A stretch of DNA of 64,000 nucleotides from an uncultured Verrucomicrobiae bacterium (GCA_963815455.1 CAWFGO010000003.1:192001-256000), one strand, 5' to 3'; counted from the first letter of the stretch, positions 21,095-31,014 are shown. The notes: generated by a model from the letters alone, not told the origin. Numbers and translations: made by a program.

Positions 21095-21931
21095 TTACCG
21101 ATTCAAGACTCTTTTAATTCTCCACCGAAACGCTCCCAAGCCGGTCAAGGCGGATCCTAAAAGCATCACTGTGCTGCCGCCATCCGGTGTCGCTGCCGGT
21201 GATAATTCAAAGTTGTACGTTGTGGTTCCCGCAGCAGTACCGATGGTAAATGCGTCGACATTGGCGTCGAACATATCTCCTGAACTCGCAAATCCTGAAG
21301 CGATGCGGATGCCTCCCCGTCCGGCCGGATCGTTGACGAGGGTTACCCCGGCTCCCTCTGCAGCCAGGATCGTGGACCACGTTACGGCACCTGATCCCGG
21401 ACCAAAGAAATTATCCGAATACCAGTAGCCGCCGAGCGCATCCCAACTCTGCCATGAATTCAGTGTAGGAGCAGCCTGCCCGCGCCCAAAGTTCGTGCTG
21501 CTGTAGTCAGGCTCAAACCACAGTCGGTCGCCATTGCTGAGCCATAGGGTCAGATAGGGCAATTGCGATCCGTTCCATGCTGTCGCGTACGTGCTATAGG
21601 CCAATGACGTGAGATCGCTTAAGACAGTTCCCGCCCAATCGGAATTGCGCAGTTGAGCACTCTGGAAACCATCCGAGCCAGTGTTGAAATGAGCGCTGCC
21701 AGTTCCAAGCGGTGGTGTGGAGGGGCCATTCACCATCTCGGCTGTGGCGTCCCCGGCACCGTACGTCACAGACGTATCGGTCTTATAAAATGCCCAGCCA
21801 TCCATGTTCCCCGGGGTGACTTCCACCGCGGAAGCAACCGCGGCGCAAGAAAGGAGCCCGACGGCACTTAGCGCGATGATTCGTTTTGTTAGTGTGCAAG
21901 ACAGCATAAGTATTTTCATGATTCTCCTCAT
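21095..21931 (-). CDS. exported VPDSG-CTERM (PEP-CTERM-like) sorting-signal protein
   Basis: signal peptide; C-terminus TPDGGSTVMLLGSALTGLGAFRWRIKR. Confidence 0.85.
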   Translation of the reverse strand: MRRIMKILMLSCTLTKRIIALSAVGLLSCAAVASAVEVTPGNMDGWAFYKTDTSVTYGAGDATAEMVNGPSTPPLGTGSAHFNTGSDGFQSAQLRNSDWAGTVLSDLTSLAYSTYATAWNGSQLPYLTLWLSNGDRLWFEPDYSSTNFGRGQAAPTLNSWQSWDALGGYWYSDNFFGPGSGAVTWSTILAAEGAGVTLVNDPAGRGGIRIASGFASSGDMFDANVDAFTIGTAAGTTTYNFELSPAATPDGGSTVMLLGSALTGLGAFRWRIKRVLNR

Positions 21932-21999
21932 ATTTGATATTATGATATTATGATTTTTAAATCATCGCTTCCGGCGATGCTTGGTTGCTACGATAGTCT

Positions 22000-22015
22000 A
22001 GCAAACCATATTCCA
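22000..22015 (-). promoter_or_regulatory. sigma-54 (-24/-12) promoter candidate
   Basis: minus strand TGGAATATGGTTTGCT (GG-N10-GC) about 70 bp upstream of the VPDSG-CTERM gene. Confidence 0.6.
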
Positions 22016-22125
22016 AACGGTCGTTTGTCCCGCGCCCCTGGTCTCAAATTTGTTTGGCCCGAGTCACTTACGCGGAAAAAGAATTTTCTCGGCTGAAAAG
22101 GACGTTCGAATAATTAACGAAAAAG

Positions 22126-22142
22126 TGTAATAATATCCGACG
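22126..22142. promoter_or_regulatory. candidate enhancer-binding-protein site
   Basis: TGT-AATAATATCCG-ACG (TGT-N11-ACA-like) about 110 bp upstream of the sigma-54 motif. Confidence 0.45.
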
Positions 22143-22160
22143 TTTTTCGGCGATATGCGC

Positions 22161-22637
22161 TTAAACCGCGCAGTGCGTTTGGCCGCGTTTTTCCAGGTAG
22201 CGCTGGTGGTAATCTTCCGCGGGCCAAAACTTCGGCGCCGGCTCGATCTGCGTCACGATCGGCTTATTGAATCGCCCGCTGGCGGCCAGTTTTTCCTTCG
22301 ATGCTTCGGCGGCGGCTTTCTGCTCCGGCGAATGATAAAAGATAACCGAACGATACTGCGCACCGACATCGGGGCCTTGTCGATTCAATGTGGTCGGGTT
22401 GTGGCTCGACCAGAAAACGTCGAGCAATCGGTCGTAGTTCACCTGAGCCGGATCGAACTCTACTTCCACCACTTCCGCGTGACCGGTCTTATCCGTGCAA
22501 ACATCTTCGTAACTTGGGTTTGCCTTTGTTCCTCCAGCGTAACCGACCGTCGCATTGGTCACGCCTTTGACCTGTCGAAACGTCGCTTCCACGCCCCAAA
22601 AACAGCCCGCACCGAATGTCGCCTTCTCTGTCGTCAT
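22161..22637 (-). CDS. msrA: peptide-methionine (S)-S-oxide reductase
   Basis: GCFWG, GYAGG, GHAE, QG.DVG.QYRS, AEDYHQ.Y. Confidence 0.95.
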   Translation of the reverse strand: MTTEKATFGAGCFWGVEATFRQVKGVTNATVGYAGGTKANPSYEDVCTDKTGHAEVVEVEFDPAQVNYDRLLDVFWSSHNPTTLNRQGPDVGAQYRSVIFYHSPEQKAAAEASKEKLAASGRFNKPIVTQIEPAPKFWPAEDYHQRYLEKRGQTHCAV

Positions 22638-22729
22638 GCCGAACGATGGAACGCCCGCGGACGCCGCGCAACCGCCGGTTGACTTGAAGCTTGCCTCGCG
22701 ACCACACAACGTTACACGCTCAGTATCGT

Positions 22730-23992
22730 ATGGACGGACTCACCACGTTTGAACAAACCCGCTCGGTTTTGCCGGTGCGTGTCATCAACCGTTGTGGCGC
22801 GTGGCTGGGAAAAATTGGATCCTTGCGCGCGGAACAATTGACCGAGGACGCCAAACGCCGCACCGGCCTCGACGATTTTGGCAGCGGTGAATTTTTTGAG
22901 CCGCTTTCGCGCTTACTGGAGTCGTGCCAGCGTGAAGCGCGGCTGAACGTTATTGGAAAAATCGCGCTGCGCTCGGACGTTCTTCGCACATTGTGCAATC
23001 GATTGTTAATGAGGCGGGACCGGCAACTGCAGCCGGAAATCGAAAAGCAGAAAATTCGCGAGCCGCTCGTCATCACCGGTCTCCCACGCAGCGGGACCAC
23101 CTTGCTGCACACGCTGCTGGCGGCCGATCCGGCCCATCGCGCGCCGCTGACGTGGGAAGTGATGACACCCTCGCCGCCTACCAACGAGAACAGAGAGCTT
23201 CGGATCCGGCGCGCGGCCCGCAGTTTGTCTGCGCTGCGATGGCTGGCGCCGACTTTCCAGCGGGTTCACGCTGTCGGTGCGGAGTTGCCGCAGGAATGCG
23301 TGTCACTAATGAGCCCGACGTTCATGAGCGATCAATTCGACACCATGTACGACGCGCCCTCGTATCGCGGGTGGTTTTTAAAACAGGATTTGCGGCCGGC
23401 GTATGAATATCACAGATGCTTTTTGCAGCACCTTCAGCAACGGCAGCCGGCCCATCGATGGGTGCTCAAAGCGCCCGCGCACATGTTTGCCGCTCCTGCT
23501 TTGTTGTCGATCTATCCCGATGCACGGTTTGTGCAGGTGCATCGCAATCCGCTCGAAGCGATCGCGTCGGTCTCAAGTCTCGTTGCGATTCTGCGCGGGG
23601 CTTTTAGCCATTCAGTGGATCTGGTACAAATCGGGCGCGACGCGATGCGGTATTGGCTGGAAGCGATCACGACATTCACACGCGTGCGCGACCAGCTTTC
23701 ACCGGAACGAGTTTGCGATTTGCGCTACGTCGAGATTCGACGCGATCCGATTTGCGCCGTCCAAAGCATCTACAAACATTTTGGATGGTCGCTCTCAGCC
23801 GAAACGGAACGACGCATGCGCGGGGTTCTGATGAATCAGTCATCGGAGCAGAATGGCTTCCATCGATATCATCCGAGCCAGTTTGGGCTGGAGCCGGTTA
23901 GCGGCTTTGCCCCATACTGCGAGCGTTTCGGGTTGTCGGCAACGGCTGCGGCCAAACCGGCGAAAGACGCCGACGCGCTCGTCATTGCTTAA
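22730..23992 (+). CDS. sulfotransferase family protein
   Basis: PAPS-binding [22 protein letters not shown]. Confidence 0.88.
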   Translation: MDGLTTFEQTRSVLPVRVINRCGAWLGKIGSLRAEQLTEDAKRRTGLDDFGSGEFFEPLSRLLESCQREARLNVIGKIALRSDVLRTLCNRLLMRRDRQLQPEIEKQKIREPLVITGLPRSGTTLLHTLLAADPAHRAPLTWEVMTPSPPTNENRELRIRRAARSLSALRWLAPTFQRVHAVGAELPQECVSLMSPTFMSDQFDTMYDAPSYRGWFLKQDLRPAYEYHRCFLQHLQQRQPAHRWVLKAPAHMFAAPALLSIYPDARFVQVHRNPLEAIASVSSLVAILRGAFSHSVDLVQIGRDAMRYWLEAITTFTRVRDQLSPERVCDLRYVEIRRDPICAVQSIYKHFGWSLSAETERRMRGVLMNQSSEQNGFHRYHPSQFGLEPVSGFAPYCERFGLSATAAAKPAKDADALVIA

Positions 23993-24617
23993 CGAACTGC
24001 GGTTGATTTTTCGTCTCTTGCTCGCTCAGGATCGACATCTCCTTTACCCACAGCAATTCGCAGGCGCCATTGCCGGTATCGGTGCGGGTAAGCGAACTCC
24101 TCCACGTACCAATTCCTGGTCCGGTCGCTTCCACCAGATCGCCGGTTAGGCGAACCAGCGTGCCGGCCCGCAACGATTTGCACATCGAAGCAATCGCCGG
24201 GGTCGAGGGAATAATGTGGACGTTCGTGCTGTGGGAAATGATTTCGTCCTGAGGAATCGGCGGTTGCCGCTGGTACTGATACCAGTAAAAGCGCGCGCTT
24301 TGCGTAATGCTCAATTGATCCAGGAGCCGCTGGTCCGACATCCGCCCCCAACCAAGCGCAAGATCGACCGGAACAAGCGCCGCTTGGTTGTCGTGACGAT
24401 ATATTTTTCGATGCAGAACGCGGGCGTCGATTGAGAAAACCGCCAGCGGCTTCAACCGAAACGTGCCCTGCGAAAAGGCCGGCGTGTTCGCGGGCAGGTT
24501 GATCTGGCTCGGCTCATCTGCAATCAAAACACCTGGCGGATACGTGATCGGACGATGGAGATACCAATAACCAGAGCACACGACAGCGGCCGCCAGGAGA
24601 ACACAAAGGGACTTCAC
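23982..24617 (-). CDS. conserved hypothetical exported protein
   Basis: PVDLALGWG.MSD, HS.N.HIIP, WRSSLTRTDTGNGACE. Confidence 0.75.
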   Translation of the reverse strand: MKSLCVLLAAAVVCSGYWYLHRPITYPPGVLIADEPSQINLPANTPAFSQGTFRLKPLAVFSIDARVLHRKIYRHDNQAALVPVDLALGWGRMSDQRLLDQLSITQSARFYWYQYQRQPPIPQDEIISHSTNVHIIPSTPAIASMCKSLRAGTLVRLTGDLVEATGPGIGTWRSSLTRTDTGNGACELLWVKEMSILSEQETKNQPQFVKQ

Positions 24618-24674
24618 GCATCATGAATGAAGCAGGTTCAATGCTGGAATGACGAGGCGCGGCACAACATGCTT

Positions 24675-25054
24675 GTCATCCTGAGCGCAGCGAAGGACCC
24701 CGCGAAAAACAGGTTGTAGTTCGACGTTCGATAATTGCGGCTGCCCCGAGGACGCCGTGAACGCTTGCGTGATGCCCGGTGAACTGCGAGGTCCCTCGCT
24801 TCGCTCGGGATGACAGAGCGCACCTACATCACCATCCCGCCGTCAACGCACAGAACCCGCCCGGTGATGTAATTCGCTTCAGCCGACGCCGAGAAGCGAC
24901 ATATCGTGCTTGTCATCCTGAGCGCAGCGAAGGACCCCGCGATAAACAGGGTTGTAGTTCGAATGTTCGATAGATGGTTGCTGCCCCGAGGACAATGTGA
25001 ACGCTTGCGTGATGCTCGGTAAACTGCGAGGTCCCTCGCTTCGCTCGGGATGAC
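24675..25054. repeat. two GTCATCCTGAG-family elements (24675-24814, 24912-25054) with a duplicated fabG 3' end between them
   Basis: same ends and interior as the 16.7 kb array; 24815-~24895 is a diverged copy of 25055-~25135. Confidence 0.9.
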
Positions 25055-25063
25055 AGAGCGCAC

Positions 25064-25807
25064 CTACATCACCATGCCGCCGTCAACGCACAGAACCTGC
25101 CCGGTGATGTAACTTGCTTCCGCCGACGCCAAAAACGCGACCGCGCTGGCGATATCTTCGGGCGCGCCGGTTTTGCCGAGCGGAATTTGCGCCTGAATGG
25201 TCTTTTTTATTTCATCCGAAAGTCCGGCGGTCATATCCGTCGTGATAAATCCGGGCGCGACCGCATTCACGGTGATGCCGCGACTGGCCAACTCCCGCGC
25301 CAGAGATTTCGTGAAACCGATCAGACCCGCCTTGCTCGCGGCGTAATTGGTTTGCCCCGCATTGCCGATCAATCCGATCACCGACGTAATATTAATGATC
25401 CGGCCGCTGCGTTGCTTGATCATGCCGCGAATGATCGACTGGGTGAAATTAAACGCACCTCGCAAGTTCGTGTTGATTACAGCGTCCCAATCTTCCACCG
25501 GCATCCGCATGGCCAACCCGTCCCGCGTTACACCAGCGTTGTTAACGAGGATGTCGATCTTAGTGAATTCGTTGAGAATCTGCGCACCGGTTTTTTGCAC
25601 GGCAACATGATCGGCAACATCGACAGCGTAGGCCTTTGCCGCCCCGGCCCGAATGAGATTGATTTCATCCGCCGTCCGTTTCGCGTTCGCCTCCGTCCGG
25701 CTCACACAAGCCACCCGCGCGCCCTCGCCAGCTAGCCGTACCGCGATGGCATGTCCAATCCCCCGCCCCGCCCCGGTCACAATCGCATTCTGGTTTTCGA
25801 ATCTCAT
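25064..25807 (-). CDS. fabG: 3-oxoacyl-ACP reductase
   Basis: TGAGRGIG, NNAGVTRD, GNAGQTNYAASKAG, VAPGFI.TDMT, YITGQVL.VDGGM. Confidence 0.93.
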   Translation of the reverse strand: MRFENQNAIVTGAGRGIGHAIAVRLAGEGARVACVSRTEANAKRTADEINLIRAGAAKAYAVDVADHVAVQKTGAQILNEFTKIDILVNNAGVTRDGLAMRMPVEDWDAVINTNLRGAFNFTQSIIRGMIKQRSGRIINITSVIGLIGNAGQTNYAASKAGLIGFTKSLARELASRGITVNAVAPGFITTDMTAGLSDEIKKTIQAQIPLGKTGAPEDIASAVAFLASAEASYITGQVLCVDGGMVM

Positions 25808-25816
25808 GAGTTAGTC

Positions 25817-25852
25817 CGCAGATTACGCAGATTACGCAGATTACGCAGATTA
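25817..25852 (+). repeat. (CGCAGATTA)4 nonamer array
   Basis: four perfect copies; inverted partner at 29933-29960. Confidence 0.9.
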
Positions 25853-26161
25853 GAAACTAACTTCCAACTTTCGGAAAGCCGCTTACGGATGTCCCCATGC
25901 TTTTAATCTGGGAGCGCAGATGGCTAAAGCTAAACCATCGCGCTCTCAATCTTGCGGGCTCGCTAACGAGGCCGAGCGTCGAGTCACCGAATCGTGACAA
26001 AAAAAGCTTGCCCTCAGCTAACGCGACGCCACAAAATCGCGTTTCATGAACGGCTGCTTGTCCATTTCGGGCTCGCCACGGTCAGTCGCGACCGAAAAAC
26101 TTTCACATTTTTTGCAAACATCGCCCTCCAATTTCCGGAGGACACTTGTGAAAGGATCCTT

Positions 26162-26363
26162 ATGAGAAATCTTTTCCATCTTACATGGCTGGCCGCCCTT
26201 GCCAGCGTAATCCTTATCGCATCACCATCGACGCGAATCTTTGCCCAAGAGGAGGGGGAGGGCGATGAAATCGATGCCAGTACTCCGGACGATGGCAGCA
26301 GCAACCCGACAGGTGTGGCGGGCGTATTTAATGGAAACATCACAACCGGAGGTTCCTACGACC
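26162..26363 (+). pseudogene. N-terminal fragment of an exported (Rhs-like) protein cut by the IS
   Basis: MRNLFHLTWLAALASVILIAS signal ... NPTGVAGVFNGNITTGGSYD ends at the IS left end. Confidence 0.55.
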
Positions 26364-26429
26364 TGGCCTTACCCCCGAAAAGTGGACATGACATAATGGT
26401 AGTTCTGCGCCTAAAAGAGGAGCAGAACC

Positions 26430-26696
26430 ATGAAAAAAAGTCGATTCAGTGATGAGCAGAGGCTAGAGATACTGAGGCAAGTAAGAGCGGGGAGACAAGT
26501 GAAGGATGTGTGTGCCGAGCACAACATCGGGGTGATGACCTTCTATGGATGGAAGAAGAAGTTTGGAGGGATGGAGATAGCCGAGGCCCGGCGGCTGAGA
26601 GCCTTGGAGGAAGAGAACGGCCGATTGAAGCGAGTGGTGGCGGATCTGACGGTGCAGGTGCAGATCCTCAAAGAGGTGAACGCAAAAAAATGGTAA
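26430..26696 (+). CDS. IS3 transposase OrfA
   Basis: MKKSRFSDEQ..., FYGWKKKFGGM, LEEENGRLKR; A7 slippery run at 26684-26690. Confidence 0.92.
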   Translation: MKKSRFSDEQRLEILRQVRAGRQVKDVCAEHNIGVMTFYGWKKKFGGMEIAEARRLRALEEENGRLKRVVADLTVQVQILKEVNAKKW

Positions 26697-27585
26697 GCCC
26701 GTCGAGCCGGCGCCGGGCGGTGAAGAGCTGTGTGGAAGAGGGCTTGGGCAGCGCGGTCCAGGCCTGCCGTGCCATTGATCTGGCGCGCTCAAGTTATTAT
26801 CGGCCGGTCCGGCTCAGTCAGACACGGGGTTGCTGCGGCGCGATGGATTAAGGGTCAATGCCAAGCGGGTGCAGCGATTGCGTCGCATGGAAGGCTTACA
26901 AGTGCGGCAACGCCAAAAGAGGATGCGCCGATTGGGGCTGCAACAGAGCGAGCGGCTGAGGGCGATCAAGCCGCTAGAGGTGTGGAGTTGGGACTTTGTG
27001 GAGGATCAAACCGAAAACGGCACGCGCTTCCGGATCCTGACCTTGCTCGATGAACATACGCGACAGAGCCTGGCCGTGCATGCCGCCTGGTCGATCCGGG
27101 CCGTCGATGCCATCACCGTGATTGAGGCCGCGATCGAGCGCAATGGCGCGCCGCAATATCTGCGCAGTGACAATGGTTCAGAGTTTATTGCTTACGCCAT
27201 CCAGGACTGGCTCAAACAACGACAGATCAAAACTCTCTACATCAAACCGGGCAGCCCGTGGGAAAATGGCCACATCGAGAGCTTCCACGACAAGCTGCGC
27301 GACGAATGCTTAAACCGCGAGCTCTTTGGCACGCTCTCCGAAGCTCGAGTGATCCTGGAAAGCTGGCGCATCGAATACAATGAGCGGCGCCCGCACAGCT
27401 CGCTCGGCTATCAAACGCCAGCCGAATTTGAATTGAGCTGTCGCCGCGCCGCCGCGTGTGCTGGAACAAACCGCGGCTCCGCCGTCCAGCTGTCGGCTAG
27501 TTTGTTCCAGCACACGCTTACAACTGATTTGCAAAGATCCACTTCAACAGAAATAATCAACCAACCAGCAGAACTACACTTTTGA
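26693..27585 (+). CDS. IS3 transposase OrfB (DDE integrase core; frame break and apparent missing segment near 26820)
   Basis: WSWDF, RSDNGSEF, PGSPWENGHIESF, YN..RPHSSLGY.TP. Confidence 0.88.
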
Positions 27586-27611
27586 CCTGTCCAGCTTTTG
27601 GGGTCAGGCCA

Positions 27612-29084
27612 CTGACCCGGACGGAGACAGCCGCCGGTGTGGCGAAGCTGGATAAATTCGCTTACGATCTGGACGATCAGGTGACGGAGGCGCGATATAA
27701 CGTCGATGAGCAGCACAGCACGCAGGATCGGCTGTGCAGTTATGATTACGATCCGGCCGGCAACCGGAACACGATGACCGACAACGGTACACCGACAAAT
27801 TACACCGTGAACGACTTGAACCAGTATACCGCAGCCGGTACCAGCTCGATGGATTACGATCTGAACGGTAATCTCACCCATCAGGGAGTCTGGACTTACG
27901 TTTACGACGCCCAGAACCGGCTGGTGAGCGCCATCAGCTCTTCGCAACAGGTCGATTTCGCCTACGATCCGCGCAACCGTTGCCTGAGCCGAACGAGTTC
28001 GACGGCCGGAATCCAGGGACCGACGACGTTTTTTTATTATGACGGCTGGGAATTGATCGAAGAACACGACGCGAACCGCCAACTCCTGGCCCAGTACATT
28101 CACGGTGTGCGCGAGGACGAAATGATCGCCAAGATCGACAGCTACGGCACGGTCTATTATCACACCGATGCCGAAGGCAGCGTGGCGGCGTTGACCGACA
28201 CCAGCGGCAACGTGATCGAGCGTTACAAATACGACGCGTTCGGCAAAGCGACAATTCTGGACCCCTCGTCACTTGTCACTCGTCCCTCGTCACTGTTTGG
28301 TAATCGCTTCCTCTTCACCGGGCGCGAATGGTTGCCCGACCTCGGTTTGTACGACTATCGCAATCGCGTCTATTCACCCGAGCTTGGCCGTTTCCTTCAA
28401 ACCGATCCCAAGAGCTTCGACGCCGATCCGAGCAATCTGTATCGCTACTGTGGCAATGAGCCGTTAGATCGCGTCGATCCAATGGGGCTGGAGGACGACA
28501 CTAAGACCGGCAAAGTGCTAGTCGATAGCGGTAACCAGCAAGCGCAGAATGACACAAAGCAGCTTGAAGACGATGTTCGCAGATTTATCCAAAACGTTAG
28601 ACCTGAAGCATCGAAGATCGAACCTCAGAAGGTAGTGGAAGACTGTCGCCAGGATGCTCAACAGGCGAGACAAGACATGCAAGGACATCCCGAGCGAGAC
28701 GCGAATGGTACACGGCACGCGAGCGAGCGACATTATGTGGAAGTGGTCTCAAGCGATGGTAAGCAATTAGAGCGAAAGGGCCCGGCTGTTGGCGGGCGCT
28801 CCGGAGCCCCCCTTCCGGACACGGGAGGTAAGGCTCCGCTGACTTCGTCTCATGGTCATGGGCCCGACAGCCCGGGAGCGTGGCCACAGAAAAATGACAT
28901 TCCTGTTGCCAATGGAAAGGCCCCGAACCCATTCAAGACACCATGGATATCGGGAACCGCGTCGACTGGAGACAAGCGGGTTTATATTTATGTCCCTCCC
29001 TCGGGTCCAAAACAACTCGAAGCGAGATCGTCCGGGACCTTGTATCACTCAGACAACAACCGCCCTTGGGTCAAGGATTTTTAG
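27612..29084 (+). CDS. Rhs/YD-repeat protein C-terminal fragment with Rhs core and variable toxin tip
   Basis: YDYDPAGNR, YDLNGNL, YDAQNRL, YYHTD..GSV, FTGRE, YR.R.Y.P.LGRFLQ.DP, DPMGL boundary at 28476-28490. Confidence 0.9.
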   Translation: MTRTETAAGVAKLDKFAYDLDDQVTEARYNVDEQHSTQDRLCSYDYDPAGNRNTMTDNGTPTNYTVNDLNQYTAAGTSSMDYDLNGNLTHQGVWTYVYDAQNRLVSAISSSQQVDFAYDPRNRCLSRTSSTAGIQGPTTFFYYDGWELIEEHDANRQLLAQYIHGVREDEMIAKIDSYGTVYYHTDAEGSVAALTDTSGNVIERYKYDAFGKATILDPSSLVTRPSSLFGNRFLFTGREWLPDLGLYDYRNRVYSPELGRFLQTDPKSFDADPSNLYRYCGNEPLDRVDPMGLEDDTKTGKVLVDSGNQQAQNDTKQLEDDVRRFIQNVRPEASKIEPQKVVEDCRQDAQQARQDMQGHPERDANGTRHASERHYVEVVSSDGKQLERKGPAVGGRSGAPLPDTGGKAPLTSSHGHGPDSPGAWPQKNDIPVANGKAPNPFKTPWISGTASTGDKRVYIYVPPSGPKQLEARSSGTLYHSDNNRPWVKDF

Positions 29085-29100
29085 TAGGGAGAAAGTCAAG

Positions 29101-29808
29101 ATGAAAAGAATATTTGCGGCATCTCTTGCATTTGGTCTGCTCTGTTCGAACGGATTCAGCGCCGCCCCAAACGTCAGTGGCGATCGATACGGGGACAAGG
29201 ATCATTTGGATCCCGTGGATTTCGAAGGCGAACTCGAATACCGAATTCTATTACTGCGAAAGCTCCTGCCCACGACCGAAAATTATGGCCGTGTGATCTT
29301 TATGCCTTCGAGTTCTGAAGGCGAATCGAGCGTAGCAGTCTATTCAAAATACACTGGTGACGCCGAGGTAGAAGTCATTGCGACCTACACAAAGGCGGAA
29401 AAGAATCTGTGGAACGCGAATTTCTCTGCAGATCCAAATCGAGGCAAGGAGCCAACTATCAAAGTCAACCGTATCGATGCTGCAATTCCAAAATCGACGG
29501 CACTCGCCATTCGCGAAGCTTGGAAGCAAATGCTATATCGCACACGACCGCCCGGATTAGGAGGCGGATTCGAAACTGATGCTACAACCGTGGAATTTGC
29601 CGTAATAGACAAAATGGGAGAAGCCCGCTATGGCGTGTTGCCGATCGGACGTGGCAAACATACGGAAGCTCTTTTTCAGTTGGCGAAGCTGTTAGTTTCA
29701 TACTGCCAAGCTGAGGGACCGAAGCAAAAGGCGATCGCGGAGGAGATCGAGCATCGTGCTAAAGCGCTCGTTGAGGATCTGAAGAAATTACCCTGCTCGA
29801 TACCTTAG
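29101..29808 (+). CDS. exported hypothetical protein, putative Rhs immunity protein
   Basis: starts 16 bp after the Rhs stop; signal peptide MKRIFAASLAFGLLCSNGFS. Confidence 0.6.
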   Translation: MKRIFAASLAFGLLCSNGFSAAPNVSGDRYGDKDHLDPVDFEGELEYRILLLRKLLPTTENYGRVIFMPSSSEGESSVAVYSKYTGDAEVEVIATYTKAEKNLWNANFSADPNRGKEPTIKVNRIDAAIPKSTALAIREAWKQMLYRTRPPGLGGGFETDATTVEFAVIDKMGEARYGVLPIGRGKHTEALFQLAKLLVSYCQAEGPKQKAIAEEIEHRAKALVEDLKKLPCSIP

Positions 29809-29864
29809 GTTATTTTGGGGATGGGCAGATAGGGGTCAGTCTAGGGTTGCATTGATTTGACGGA

Positions 29865-29893
29865 CCCGCCTTCGAGGCTACGGCGCGGCAAGG
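29865..29893. repeat. free copy of the short CCCGCCTTCG..GCTACGGCGCGGCAGG unit
   Basis: cccgccttcgaggctacggcgcggcaagg, compare 39425-39456. Confidence 0.7.
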
Positions 29894-29932
29894 AGTGGGC
29901 AAAGAGACAATTCAGTTCAGATGGTTGCTCCC

Positions 29933-29960
29933 AATCTGCGTAAATCTGCGAAATCTGCGG
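29933..29960 (-). repeat. inverted (AATCTGCG) nonamer-type array
   Basis: aatctgcg taaatctgcg aaatctgcgg, reverse complement of the 25817 array. Confidence 0.85.
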
Positions 29961-30010
29961 TCAAAACGTTCCTGAGTTCATGCTTTCCTTAGCGATTCGG
30001 AAAATGGAAG

Positions 30011-30603
30011 ATGGTGCCAATGAGATGCCCATCCTGCGGAGTTTCTTTTTCGACGCCGCCGGCTGAATGCCCGAATTGTAAACTTACTCTCGAGAAGCTC
30101 GACCGGAAGTTTGGGCTCGTGCCCTATTGCTCACGCTACCTGAGCGATCGCTCGGAAACTTTGCCGACGGCCGATATCGATGACTTGCGCGCCTTGCTCA
30201 AGCCTTTCGAGCAAAAGTTTCCGCAGATCGTCTTTTCCGTGGTCGTGATCAATTTGGGTGAGGACGTTTCCATTTCCGAATACGCTTTTTGGCTGGTCAA
30301 TCGCGCACGGATCAGCAGCGTGAACGCGACGGGTCCGAAGAATTTCGATCTTTTTCTGGTGGTCGATCCCAAAGGGCGGGCCGCGGCGATGCGTCGCCGG
30401 GTACCGGCTGGAGAAATATATCAGCGAACAGGATCTTCAAGAGGCTTTAGCCGGATTCCGCGCGGGCGATCTTGTCCGCGGCATTCGTGCGGGCATCGAG
30501 TTTATGACGGTCCGGCTCCAGGAAATTGTGCTCGGGATTGAAGAGACCAGGGCCGCGCAAGATTCGGCGCGAGACAGTCGCGGTCGAGCCCGATACGCCA
30601 TGA
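30011..30603 (+). CDS. zinc-ribbon + TPM-domain-like protein (frameshifted; end approximate)
   Basis: CPSC..CPNC, L.D....L, FEQKFPQ, YAFWL.N; continuation GYGLE/F.AGDL..GI in other frames. Confidence 0.55.
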
Positions 30604-31010
30604 GCTTAGGCAGAAAAAATATTCCTTCGCGGGTCGCAGTCGCAGCGTTGCTGATGTCGATCCTTCTGATCGCGTTTTCCCCGGGTGCGCGATCGCAGGG
30701 ACTTTCTTTCTCGACTGCAACGCCAACGCCTGAATCGTCGGTTACGGAAGAGAATCCGTTCGCCAAACTGGCGCGACCGCCGCGAAAACCGATCCCTTTG
30801 CGCTGGAAGATCGCGATTGTTCTTGTCGGTCTCGTCATTGCTTCTGCGGCGCTTTGGGTTTCGCTACGCGCCTGGCGATCGTCGAATCTTTTCGATCGGC
30901 AATATCGTTTTCCGGCCGTCGAAGCAGTTGCTCTGCGGCTCGGCGCGAACAAATCGGGCGGGCACATGGCAGCCATCACGTTCCGCAATCGCGCGGGGCC
31001 GGCAGGCTGA
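30600..31010 (+). CDS. hypothetical membrane protein
   Basis: signal-like N-terminus, TM helix, SNLFDRQYRFP...LRLG...SGGHMA. Confidence 0.6.
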   Translation: MSLGRKNIPSRVAVAALLMSILLIAFSPGARSQGLSFSTATPTPESSVTEENPFAKLARPPRKPIPLRWKIAIVLVGLVIASAALWVSLRAWRSSNLFDRQYRFPAVEAVALRLGANKSGGHMAAITFRNRAGPAG

Positions 31011-31014
31011 CGAG

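Larger units (their letters stand above)
26364..27611 (+). mobile_element. IS3-family insertion sequence
   Basis: IRL TGGCCTTACCCCCGAAAAGTGGACA; IRR (reverse complement) TGGCCTGACCCCAAAAGCTGGACA; TG...CA ends; orfA/orfB organisation. Confidence 0.92.

Noticed and set aside
25994..26452. 152 aa ORF as an intact gene
   Set aside because: Its 3' part is read-through into the IS3 left end; only 26162-26363 looks coding
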